A stretch of DNA of 21,791 bases from Promethearchaeota archaeon (GTDB taxonomy: Archaea; Asgardarchaeota; Lokiarchaeia; Sigyniarchaeales; SOKP01): assembly GCA_048939015.1 (NCBI GenBank), contig JBHLPW010000071.1, positions 1 through 21,791 on the forward strand. The letters run 5' to 3'. A program made the position numbers and the translations under genes. Below, piece after piece: positions 1 through 8,822 of this stretch (its first letter is position 1; each line of letters starts with the position of its first letter). The notes under the pieces are model-generated. The model was not told where the DNA came from and searched no databases. It was given only the letters and a program-made list of their open reading frames with translations.

Positions 1-2019
1 CCTAATAAAGCTGAAGATGAGTTTGTGTTTTTAAATAGTTTTCAGATAAATAAAAAATTCTATAGTGAAGATAGTGCTCAAGAAGCATTCGTTTTATGTC
101 ATGGAAAAAACATGATTGTTTTTAAAATTGTAGGATATGCAGAAGAAGCTATTGAATATTACAAGTTAATGGATTTAAAGGCTCATCTTTGGGTTGGACA
201 TCAAAGATATCCAACCAGAGGTAGAGTTTGGCACCCAGGCGGTGCTCACCCCTTTATTGGATTAAAAGAAGCTTTAGTACATAATGGAGATTTTGCAAAT
301 TATCATTCTATTTGTGAATATCTTCATCAAAATGGAAGAGAACCATTATTTTCGACAGATACTGAAGTTGCTGCGTTATTATTCGATCTATGGACAAGAA
401 ATTATGATTATCCATTAGAATATGCAATTGAAGCATTTGCACCTACAACAGAAAGAGATTTTACTATGCTCTCAGCAGAAAAACAACACATTTATCAACT
501 TATTCAAAGTTATCATGTCCAAAATTCTCCTGATGGTCCTTGGTTTTTTATTATTGCTAGAAATGATGATGTGGATGGTCAATTCCAATTACTGGGTATA
601 ACTGATACATCTATGTTGAGACCACAAGTATTTGCTCTTCAAGAAAATGATGATGTGAAAATTGGTATCATTGCTTCGGAAAAGCAAGCGATTGATTCAA
701 TCCTCCTAAGCATTTCCGAGGAAGATGATAGATATTGTTCCATAGCTGATTTATATTGGAATGCACGGGGAGGTAGTTATACTGATGGAGGTGCTTTTTT
801 ATTTACCTTGAAGAATGATAATTTATCTTGTACAGATAAGTTTGGTAAAAAAATCAAGATTCCAAAAAGAATGGCTCTAAAAGATTATACCTTTAAAACT
901 TATCAATTCAATCCTGAATTCAATTCAATTATTAAGGAATTCGCCAATATGGATTATGGAGATATATTAGGTTTTTTAAAATCTGCTGAACTTTATGCTA
1001 AAGAAGGAGATTCTGAATTCCATGAAACTATTAAATTTATAACCAAATTAATTGATAGAGTATACTCAATAGGGAATAAAAAAAGAAATAATTTATTAGC
1101 ATTATATCATAAAACATTATATTCAATCTTTCGGGGAATTTCAATAGATTCAAAATTGTTTAAGTTCTTCAGTTTACATTCTTCATCTATCCCTATTCCT
1201 GATTCTAATAATCAATGTCTGATAATTGATGGTAAAGATTTCTCTTCAGAAGGACTTGATAGTTTGGCTTCAATATTGGTTAAAGCTTTTAAGAGTGGAT
1301 GGGTGAATTTTATATTATTTGACCTTAGAGGGCAAAGATTTTGTGGTTGTGGATTTGGGGATCATTCAAAACCAATTAGAATGGATGTATACGGTTCTCC
1401 CGGTGATTATTTAGGATCAGGTATAACTAATACTGAAGTTTTTGTACATTCTAATGGACAAGATCAATGGGGGCAGATTATGAAATCAGGAAAACTTGTT
1501 ATCTATGGGGATGTTGGACAAACTTTTCTTTATGGCGCTAAAGGTGGTACCTGTTATGTGAGAGGAAATGCAGCAGGAAGGGCTCTTATAAACGCAGTTG
1601 GAAACCCTCGTGTTATCATAAATGGAAGTTGTTTGGATTATTTAGCTGAATCTTTTATGGCAGGTGATGTTTTCCACGATGGTGGATTTGTTATTTTGAA
1701 TGGAATAAGTTTAAATGAAGATGGTTTATTAGAAGAATATCCAGAACCTTATCCCGGAGGGAATTTGTTTTCTCTAGCTTCTGGTGGAGCCATTTATATT
1801 CGTGATCCATTTAACAAAACTTCAAAGAGTCAACTCAATGGTGGGACTTTTGCCAATCTTTCAGATCAAGATTGGAAGATCATTAAACCCTATCTACAAG
1901 AAAATGAGAGATTATTTGGTATTAAAATCGATGATTTATTGAATATTAATAATCAATTAATGTCTCCAAAGCAGGTATATAGAAAAATTATTGTAGGAAG
2001 CACAGAGGTTTTAAAATGA
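1..2019 (+). CDS. Glutamate synthase-like protein, class II glutamine amidotransferase domain fused to GXGXG (GltB C-terminal) domain; 5'-truncated
   Basis: The frame is open from base 1 (cct aat aaa gct...), so GTG at 25 is probably not the true start. Ntn-GATase motifs GHQRYPT, GAHPF, HNGDFANY and TDTEV are present. The C-terminal beta-helix has GXGXG-type repeats (GSPGDYLGSG, GDVGQTFLYGAKGG, GNAAGR, YLAESFMAG, ASGGAIY). No FMN-barrel domain is visible. Confidence 0.85.
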   Translation, partial: PNKAEDEFVFLNSFQINKKFYSEDSAQEAFVLCHGKNMIVFKIVGYAEEAIEYYKLMDLKAHLWVGHQRYPTRGRVWHPGGAHPFIGLKEALVHNGDFANYHSICEYLHQNGREPLFSTDTEVAALLFDLWTRNYDYPLEYAIEAFAPTTERDFTMLSAEKQHIYQLIQSYHVQNSPDGPWFFIIARNDDVDGQFQLLGITDTSMLRPQVFALQENDDVKIGIIASEKQAIDSILLSISEEDDRYCSIADLYWNARGGSYTDGGAFLFTLKNDNLSCTDKFGKKIKIPKRMALKDYTFKTYQFNPEFNSIIKEFANMDYGDILGFLKSAELYAKEGDSEFHETIKFITKLIDRVYSIGNKKRNNLLALYHKTLYSIFRGISIDSKLFKFFSLHSSSIPIPDSNNQCLIIDGKDFSSEGLDSLASILVKAFKSGWVNFILFDLRGQRFCGCGFGDHSKPIRMDVYGSPGDYLGSGITNTEVFVHSNGQDQWGQIMKSGKLVIYGDVGQTFLYGAKGGTCYVRGNAAGRALINAVGNPRVIINGSCLDYLAESFMAGDVFHDGGFVILNGISLNEDGLLEEYPEPYPGGNLFSLASGGAIYIRDPFNKTSKSQLNGGTFANLSDQDWKIIKPYLQENERLFGIKIDDLLNINNQLMSPKQVYRKIIVGSTEVLK

Positions 2020-2807
2020 ATATAATAGTGTGTTTAAAACAAGTTCCTGATGCTGATGAAGTGAAAACTGATCTAGAAACAGGTCGAATTATTCGAGAAG
2101 GTATAGCTGGTACTATTAATCCTTTTGATATGTTTGTTATTGAAGAAGCTCTACGGTTAAAGGAAAAATATGGAGGAAAAATAACTTTACTGAGTATGGG
2201 ACCAAAAGATGCTATCCACACACTTCATTTTGGTTTAGCTTTGGGAGCTGATGAAGCATGTTTACTATCAGATATTAAATTTGCTGGAGCAGACACATTG
2301 GCTACGTCCTACGCCCTTTCTTGTGGTATAAATACACTTGGTTATTATGATTTAATCATCTGTGGAATTAAAACTACTGATGGTGACACGGGTCAAGTAG
2401 GGGCAAATTTGGCGGAAATTCTTGATATACCAAGTGTATATTATGTTAATAAGATACTCAAATATCAAAATAATAAAATTGAAGTTGAGAGACTTTTAGA
2501 AGATAGAAGTCAAATTTTACAAATCTCTCTGCCTTGTCTTATTTCAATTGTAAAGGGTGCTAACATACCTCGAATGCCAACTTTAATTGGAAAGATTGAG
2601 GCTGAGAGAAAGCTATTAAAAATCCTTAATGCTTCCGAAGTTAATGCGATAGAAGATGATTGTGGACTTGAAGGCTCACCTACTAGAGTAGTAAAGGTAT
2701 TTCTCCCAGACAAAAGAACACAAGGAGTAATTTTAAAAGGTTGTTTTGATCAAAATATCAGTGAATTGTTAAAATTTTTAATAAATAAGAAAATGGTATC
2801 CTACTAA
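2016..2807 (+). CDS. etfB: Electron transfer flavoprotein beta subunit (FixA/EtfB, bifurcating-type motifs)
   Basis: Motifs MNIIVCLKQVPD, INPFD, SMGP, FAGADTLATS, GIKTTDGDTGQVG and GLEGSPTRV. ATGA overlap with the upstream gene. Confidence 0.95.
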   Translation: MNIIVCLKQVPDADEVKTDLETGRIIREGIAGTINPFDMFVIEEALRLKEKYGGKITLLSMGPKDAIHTLHFGLALGADEACLLSDIKFAGADTLATSYALSCGINTLGYYDLIICGIKTTDGDTGQVGANLAEILDIPSVYYVNKILKYQNNKIEVERLLEDRSQILQISLPCLISIVKGANIPRMPTLIGKIEAERKLLKILNASEVNAIEDDCGLEGSPTRVVKVFLPDKRTQGVILKGCFDQNISELLKFLINKKMVSY

Positions 2808-3994
2808 TGATTTACATTGATCGAGATAAGTGCATTGGTTGTGGCGAATGTGTTGAAGCATGTATATTTGGCTCTATGTCTTTTGAAGATAATTTTCCCT
2901 CAATTTCAGAAGACTGCCGCTTGTGTGGAGCGTGTGCCAGAATTTGCCGCTATAATGCTATAATCATTAAACGAAAAAAAAAGAAGAAAATTATTGACTG
3001 GAAAGGCGTCCTCATTTTTGGAGAACAACGAGATGGAGAACTTTTAGAGGTTGTGCATGAGTTATTAAGTAAGGGTAAAAATTTAGCTGATAAACTTAAG
3101 GAACCTCTTTTATGCGTCATATTAGGAAATTCAGTAAAAGACATCAATGACTTAAAATTTTATGGAGCAGATGAGATACATTACTTTAACGATAATAACC
3201 TCGAAACTTTTAATTGTGAAATTTACTCAAAAATAATTTCAAATTTCGTTAAAAAGGTAAAACCAAGTATTTTTTTAATAGGTGCAACCTCCATAGGACG
3301 AGAATTAGGTCCTAGAATAGCTGCAAAACTTAAAACGGGATTAACTGCAGATTGTACTGGTCTAGAAATTAATAAGGAAGGATTATTGCTACAAACTAGA
3401 CCTGCATTTGGAGGAAATATCATGGCATCCATAATATGCCCATTTTCAAGACCACAAATGGCTACTGTACGCCCAAAAGTCATGAAAATAATGAAGGACA
3501 ACAATGGAGAGGGACGCTTAATTAATCATCCTGTAAATTCAGAGTTCTTAAATTCAAAAATTATAACATTAAGCGAAATGAAATACAAAAATAAATGTAA
3601 CATAGAAAATGCTGATATTATAGTTTCAGGGGGATTAGGATTGGGTAAAAAAGAAGGTTTTATTTTATTACGAGAACTTGCTGATGAATTAAATGGGGTA
3701 ATTGCAGCAAGTAGACCAGCAGTTGATGCTGGATGGGCTGAACCAACTGTTCAAGTTGGAATGTCCGGTAAGGTTGTACAGCCTCATTTATATATTGCCT
3801 GTGGAATATCTGGAGCAGTACAACATCGAGTTGGAATGGAAACATCTGATGTAATTGTAGCTATAAATAAAGATGAGCGAGCTCCTATTTTTGACATTGC
3901 AGATTTTGGAATCGTTGCTGATTTGTATGATTTTCTACCAAAATTTATCCAAAATCTAAAAAAATCTAAAAATGATAATAAAAATAAAAATTAG
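2807..3994 (+). CDS. etfA: Electron transfer flavoprotein alpha subunit with N-terminal 2x[4Fe-4S] ferredoxin domain
   Basis: CIGCGECVEAC and CRLCGACARIC (two CxxCxxCxxxC motifs) are followed by GLTADCT, TRPAFGGN, ATVRP, SGGLG, QVGMSG, GISGAVQH and AINKD. TAATG overlap with etfB. Confidence 0.95.
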   Translation: MIYIDRDKCIGCGECVEACIFGSMSFEDNFPSISEDCRLCGACARICRYNAIIIKRKKKKKIIDWKGVLIFGEQRDGELLEVVHELLSKGKNLADKLKEPLLCVILGNSVKDINDLKFYGADEIHYFNDNNLETFNCEIYSKIISNFVKKVKPSIFLIGATSIGRELGPRIAAKLKTGLTADCTGLEINKEGLLLQTRPAFGGNIMASIICPFSRPQMATVRPKVMKIMKDNNGEGRLINHPVNSEFLNSKIITLSEMKYKNKCNIENADIIVSGGLGLGKKEGFILLRELADELNGVIAASRPAVDAGWAEPTVQVGMSGKVVQPHLYIACGISGAVQHRVGMETSDVIVAINKDERAPIFDIADFGIVADLYDFLPKFIQNLKKSKNDNKNKN

Positions 3995-4019
3995 ATAATT
4001 TTTACTAAATAGTTTTGAA

Positions 4020-4032
4020 TTAAATATATAAT
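4020..4032 (+). promoter_or_regulatory. Putative archaeal TATA box for nadE (short-leader or leaderless transcript)
   Basis: TTAAATATATAAT lies about 25-37 nt upstream of ATG 4057 and no clear RBS is present. The AT-rich background limits certainty. Confidence 0.35.
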
Positions 4033-4056
4033 GAGATTTTTTAAATTGATTAAGAG

Positions 4057-5700
4057 ATGTCTAATTCAGTTTTAAGAGTTTTAATAGCTCAAATAAATCC
4101 AGTTGTAGGAGATATTGAATTTAATGAAAATAAGATTGGGGAGATAATTCGAAAGAATCAAGATGTTGATATTATCATTTTTCCCGAGATGTCTTTAGTT
4201 GGTTATCCTCTTATGGACCATATACTTGATCCATTAATTCAAGAAAAAAATGAAATTGCTATTGAAAATATAAAGAATATTAACACCAAAGCAACAACAA
4301 TTCTAGGAACATTTACAAAACCATTAAAATTAACCGAAAAGATCCAAAAATTCTATAATTCCGCAGTTGTTATTGAAGAAAACAAAATAAAACACATTGA
4401 AAACAAAAGATTACTCCCAAATTATGATATTTTTGATGAGAGAAGATACTTTTCTTTTGACGATAAATTTACACCAAATAACATAAAAGGTGTTAATTGT
4501 GGGATTTTAATATGTGAAGATGTATGGGATGAACATTATGAAACCAAAGTTGCTGAGAATCTTGTAAACAATGGGGCTGAAATTTTGATTGTAATAAATG
4601 CGTCACCTTATCACATCAACAAATTTCAGTTAAGAGCAAATCTAATATGTGAAAAATCTAAAAGATTTACAGTACCGATAATTTATGTTAATATGGTGGG
4701 AGGACTTGATGAAATTGTATATGATGGTCAAAGTTTCATTACAAACAAATATGGTCAAATTATTTTTAAAGCGAAAGAATTTGAAGAAGATATTTCTATG
4801 TTTAAAATACAATTAGGGGGATCTCCATTAGATATTGAGCAGAAATTTGAAATTGACTGGAGAGATGAAGTATTAAAAGCATTAAGATTAAATCTATACG
4901 ATTATTTTCATAAAAGTGGAATATTTAAGGGAGTAGTCCTTGGCTTAAGTGGTGGAATTGATTCCGCTTTTACAGCTTATGTATGTGCAACTGCATTAGG
5001 TTCAGAAAAAGTTAATTGTATTATGATGCCTACAAGATTTACTTCTCAAGAGAGTATTGAATTAGCCAAAGAATTTTGTGAGAATCTTAATATAAAATAT
5101 GTGATATATCCTATAGATGATCTTTTTACTGCTTTTGAAAAGAATATACAAAAAAATCTTGGAAAACAACCATTTGATGTAGCAGATGAAAATCTTCAAG
5201 CTCGTATTAGGGCGAATATCTTGATGTACTACTCAAACAAATTTAATTGGTTATTAGTATCAACTGGAAATAAATCGGAAATCGCTGTAGGCTATTGTAC
5301 ATTATATGGTGATACATGTGGAGGTAAAAATATTCCAGGAGATCTTTTAAAAGTGCAAATCTATGAGATATGTAATTGGATAAATAGAGAAAAAGAGATA
5401 ATACCAAAAGGAATTATAGAAAGACCTCCTACTGCAGAATTGCGTGAGAATCAGAAAGATAGTGACTCTATACCACCATATGAAGTCCTAGATGTAATAC
5501 TAGAAGAAATTATTGAAAACGGTATTGACTCTGAGTATAAAAGTTTAAAGCAGAAAGGATTTGATGATAATACCATCAATCAAGTAAAAAGACTCTATCT
5601 GAACTCTGAATACAAAAGAAGACAATTGGTTCAGACGATTAAAGTAAGTGAAAGTGCTTTTGGAATTGGGAGGAGATATCCTGTATTAAAAAAACTCTAA
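4057..5700 (+). CDS. nadE: Glutamine-dependent NAD+ synthetase
   Basis: N-terminal nitrilase-type glutaminase domain with the E-K-C triad (FPE, NKRLLPNYDIFDERRYF, ICEDVW). The C-terminal synthetase has the PP-loop LSGGIDS plus ENLQARIR, TGNKSE, GYCTLYGD and PPTAEL. Confidence 0.96.
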   Translation: MSNSVLRVLIAQINPVVGDIEFNENKIGEIIRKNQDVDIIIFPEMSLVGYPLMDHILDPLIQEKNEIAIENIKNINTKATTILGTFTKPLKLTEKIQKFYNSAVVIEENKIKHIENKRLLPNYDIFDERRYFSFDDKFTPNNIKGVNCGILICEDVWDEHYETKVAENLVNNGAEILIVINASPYHINKFQLRANLICEKSKRFTVPIIYVNMVGGLDEIVYDGQSFITNKYGQIIFKAKEFEEDISMFKIQLGGSPLDIEQKFEIDWRDEVLKALRLNLYDYFHKSGIFKGVVLGLSGGIDSAFTAYVCATALGSEKVNCIMMPTRFTSQESIELAKEFCENLNIKYVIYPIDDLFTAFEKNIQKNLGKQPFDVADENLQARIRANILMYYSNKFNWLLVSTGNKSEIAVGYCTLYGDTCGGKNIPGDLLKVQIYEICNWINREKEIIPKGIIERPPTAELRENQKDSDSIPPYEVLDVILEEIIENGIDSEYKSLKQKGFDDNTINQVKRLYLNSEYKRRQLVQTIKVSESAFGIGRRYPVLKKL

Positions 5701-5722
5701 AATAAATAAAAAAAAATAAAAA
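5701..5722 (-). terminator. Putative archaeal oligo-T terminator for the minus-strand membrane protein gene
   Basis: An A-rich run on the + strand (aataaataaaaaaaaataaaaa) gives U-tracts just downstream of the stop at 5744, in a convergent intergenic region. Confidence 0.45.
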
Positions 5723-5743
5723 GTCTAGTTCGCTTGTATTATT

Positions 5744-6883
5744 TTATATAGGAATGTATTCTAACACTAATGGAATTAATGTGATTAAAGCAGTTGCGAT
5801 CATTTTTAATATAGCAGGAAAATCATAGGTCCATGTTCCCATCTTCTTAATTTCTTGTAATTCATCTTGTATAAATGAAATTTGGTCCATTAATCCTTTT
5901 TTTTCTTCCCAATCTTTCTCGTAAAAGATTTGGTAAAGTTTTTGTTTGAATCGATTATATAAATCATTTAAACCATCAATAACATTTTCTTTTGCATTCT
6001 TTAAGATTGAATGGATTCTATATTGGGATAATACAAAGAAGATTACTAAAGCCATTGTACCTGGCACCCAATAAATCGCTGCACCTGTATCAATAGGAAA
6101 AAAGAAAGAAGGGAGATAAACAACCAAATCAGCACAAACTAACAAGAATATAAATTTGAAAAAGAAAACAAATAAAAATTTACCTATAACCCTCGTATTA
6201 TTTTGAAAAGAATATAACGTCACTTGTAATTCTTGCGAGTCCCCTGGGTTTGATTCATATATTAAATTATTAAACCAATTCAAGTATTTAGAAAGGCTTA
6301 GGTTCTCAAACTTTACAAAGATAAAATATTTTAGAAAAACTGTTATAACATAATAAGCAACAGATCCAATTGCAATTACCGCAATAAACCACACAACTTG
6401 TTCAATAATTTGACCAATGATATAAATAGTACTTAGGGATGTTGGTTCACTAAAGCCTGTAAACACTCCGAAAATTTGGCTAATGATAAAGAGAATTATC
6501 AAAATTAATTCCTTTTTGCTATAAACCAGTTTATAGAATGAGCTGCGGTATTCAAGGTATACTTCATTATTTATAAACAGATTTCTAAATTTTTTTTCCT
6601 CAAACATTATTTCATTAACATAGAACACAGTAGTCCGATATACCCAATTAAAAAATAAATACATACAAGGCCAGAGTATTAATTGCATCAAATTAGCATA
6701 AAAACATTGAGTATGGTAAGTTGGATCAAACAAAAGCCCATGTAGCATTTGAAGCGTTAATGCAAATGACCAACAAATCATAAATGGAATTGCCAACCAA
6801 TAGTTGTACAATATTCCTGTTTTTTGAGCTATAGGTGTGTGTTTTATAATTCTATTAATATCTTGTTTATATCTATCACTCAT
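5744..6883 (-). CDS. Uncharacterised multi-pass membrane protein
   Basis: 379-aa ORF with about 7 hydrophobic segments, a helical soluble stretch after FFVLSQYRIH, and a C-terminal GTWTYDFP followed by a final hydrophobic helix. Confidence 0.8.
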   Translation of the reverse strand: MSDRYKQDINRIIKHTPIAQKTGILYNYWLAIPFMICWSFALTLQMLHGLLFDPTYHTQCFYANLMQLILWPCMYLFFNWVYRTTVFYVNEIMFEEKKFRNLFINNEVYLEYRSSFYKLVYSKKELILIILFIISQIFGVFTGFSEPTSLSTIYIIGQIIEQVVWFIAVIAIGSVAYYVITVFLKYFIFVKFENLSLSKYLNWFNNLIYESNPGDSQELQVTLYSFQNNTRVIGKFLFVFFFKFIFLLVCADLVVYLPSFFFPIDTGAAIYWVPGTMALVIFFVLSQYRIHSILKNAKENVIDGLNDLYNRFKQKLYQIFYEKDWEEKKGLMDQISFIQDELQEIKKMGTWTYDFPAILKMIATALITLIPLVLEYIPI

Positions 6884-7013
6884 AAACTAAGTCACTTATA
6901 AGTAAATTTGTAATTCGATTACATTATTGTAAAATTTAGATTTTATTATATTAAAATTTTAATGTTAATTCAATAATTCTGAAGGGGAAATTTATCTATT
7001 TATAAGAAATGCT

Positions 7014-8822
7014 TTATATCATTTCTTTTGCTTTTTCTATATATTCTAGGGATTGGTGGCGGAAATAAGTGTTATAGAGCTCAGCATACATACCACCTTT
7101 AGCCATTAATTCATCGTGATTTCCTTCTTCCATAATCTTCCCATGGTCGAGTACAATAATCCTATCGACATGCCGTACAGTCCAGAGTCGATGAGCAATT
7201 ATGATTGAAGTACGCCCTTCAATTGTTTTCTGTAATGCATCTTGAATTCGTGTCTCTGTGAAAGGATCTACTGAAGCAGTTGCTTCATCTAAAATAAGTA
7301 TGGCAGGATTTTCCAAGAGAACACGAGCAAAAACAACTAATTGACGTTGACCCATTGAGATTAAGCTACCTCTTTCACCAGTTTTAGTCCTTAATCCTTT
7401 TGATAATTCTTCTATCCAATCCGAGCCACTAGTTGCATCCAATGCATTGTATACATCTTCTCTTGATGCCTCTTTATTCCCGTATTTGATGTTATTTTCA
7501 ATAGTATCCGCCCAGAGGAAGGGTGTTTGTGGAATGATCCCTACTTGCTTGCGGTACTCCATAAGGTCATAATTTCGAATACTAATTCCATCAATAAAAA
7601 TATCCCCTTCTTGAAATTCATAAAATCTTGCTAAAAGTTTAGCTAGACTTGATTTTCCAGCACCAGTATGGCCAACAATTGCAATAGATTCTCCAGGTTC
7701 GATTTTTAAGTTAAAATTCTTGAAAACTTCCTTAGATTCTTCATATTCGAATGAAAGATTTTGAAATTCTATTTCTCCTTTTAGTTTAGTTGGTTTAATA
7801 TTATCCTTTTGAATTACTATAGGTAAAGTGTCTATAAGAGCAAAAATTCTCTCAGAAGCAGCCATTCCAGTTTGAAAAGTTGGCCAAAAGGAGGCTAAAG
7901 TTAATAATGGAAAGAAGAGATATGTTAAACCTTGAATAAATAAACTCAAATCACCTACACTAATTGTATTGCCTAAAACACTATTTCCACCATAAAAAAC
8001 TAGTAAGGTCATCACAATCCCTTGTATAACTCCTAATGACGGAAAAATGGCATTTAAGACAAATGCTCTTCGCATATTTACCTTATAGGAATTTGTATTT
8101 ACCTCATTAAAATTCTCATATAATTTCGCCTCTTGTCGAAATGTTTTTGCTATTTGAATCCCAGAAAAACTTTCTTTAACATATGCATTGACAGAAGCTA
8201 AGGCTCTTTGGCCTAATAATGTTTTAGATCGAGCTAGCTTTCGAAAAGATAATGCTATAATGAAAAATAAAGGAAATGTGATAATAGTAATTAGCAATAG
8301 TATAAGATTAATAAAAGACATAATGATAAGTAGGAAAAATATCACCAATAATGAGGATATTAACTGAAGTGTTAAATCTACCGTTTGTCCGAAATCTCTA
8401 CTGTCAGTATTGGTTCTCGACACTATTTTTCCAATAGGATTACGGTCAAAAAATGAAAGATCATGATTTAAAACTGCCTGTCCTGCATCCCGTCTAAGGT
8501 CTAACACCACATTTCCGATAACTTGAGCAGCATATCGAGTAGTGAAATAATTAAAAACCCAAGATAATGAATTGATAATTAGAATAATGCTTATTAAAAA
8601 AACAAGAGATAAAACATTTCTCACTGTTTCTAAAATATTAATTGCCCTACTAACAAGAACAGGGACAAAAGAATATGTCAGTGAAGATATTGTTAGAAAA
8701 AGAATTACAATTGCCATTGAGCGCTTATACGGACTGAAATAGCGAAAGATTCGTTTTAATAGAACTTTATCCTTATAAACTCTATCATATTCCTCGGCTT
8801 CAAGGCCCACGTACATACCCAT
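7014..8822 (-). CDS. ABC exporter (TMD-NBD half transporter), subunit with catalytic Walker B Glu
   Basis: 6-TM domain; Walker A GHTGAGKSS; degenerate signature ISMGQ; Walker B ILILDEAT; H-loop IAHR. The RBS AAGGAGG lies in the end of the upstream gene, with zero spacing between stop and start. Confidence 0.95.
   Translation of the reverse strand: MGMYVGLEAEEYDRVYKDKVLLKRIFRYFSPYKRSMAIVILFLTISSLTYSFVPVLVSRAINILETVRNVLSLVFLISIILIINSLSWVFNYFTTRYAAQVIGNVVLDLRRDAGQAVLNHDLSFFDRNPIGKIVSRTNTDSRDFGQTVDLTLQLISSLLVIFFLLIIMSFINLILLLITIITFPLFFIIALSFRKLARSKTLLGQRALASVNAYVKESFSGIQIAKTFRQEAKLYENFNEVNTNSYKVNMRRAFVLNAIFPSLGVIQGIVMTLLVFYGGNSVLGNTISVGDLSLFIQGLTYLFFPLLTLASFWPTFQTGMAASERIFALIDTLPIVIQKDNIKPTKLKGEIEFQNLSFEYEESKEVFKNFNLKIEPGESIAIVGHTGAGKSSLAKLLARFYEFQEGDIFIDGISIRNYDLMEYRKQVGIIPQTPFLWADTIENNIKYGNKEASREDVYNALDATSGSDWIEELSKGLRTKTGERGSLISMGQRQLVVFARVLLENPAILILDEATASVDPFTETRIQDALQKTIEGRTSIIIAHRLWTVRHVDRIIVLDHGKIMEEGNHDELMAKGGMYAELYNTYFRHQSLEYIEKAKEMI

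Noticed and set aside
2017-2019. Selenocysteine or pyrrolysine readthrough at TGA/TAG stops (here and at 3994, 14473, 14621)
   Set aside because: The proteins are complete at these stops, downstream frames are uninformative and no SECIS-like element was seen.
2969-2989. KRKKKKK as a nuclear-localisation-like signal
   Set aside because: It is a Lys-rich interdomain linker in an AT-rich prokaryotic gene, and no targeting role can be supported.
1988-3845. Short minus-strand ORFs (1988-2221, 2510-2713, 2950-3147, 3223-3504, 3660-3845)
   Set aside because: They are antisense shadows of the well-supported etfB and etfA genes and have no motifs.
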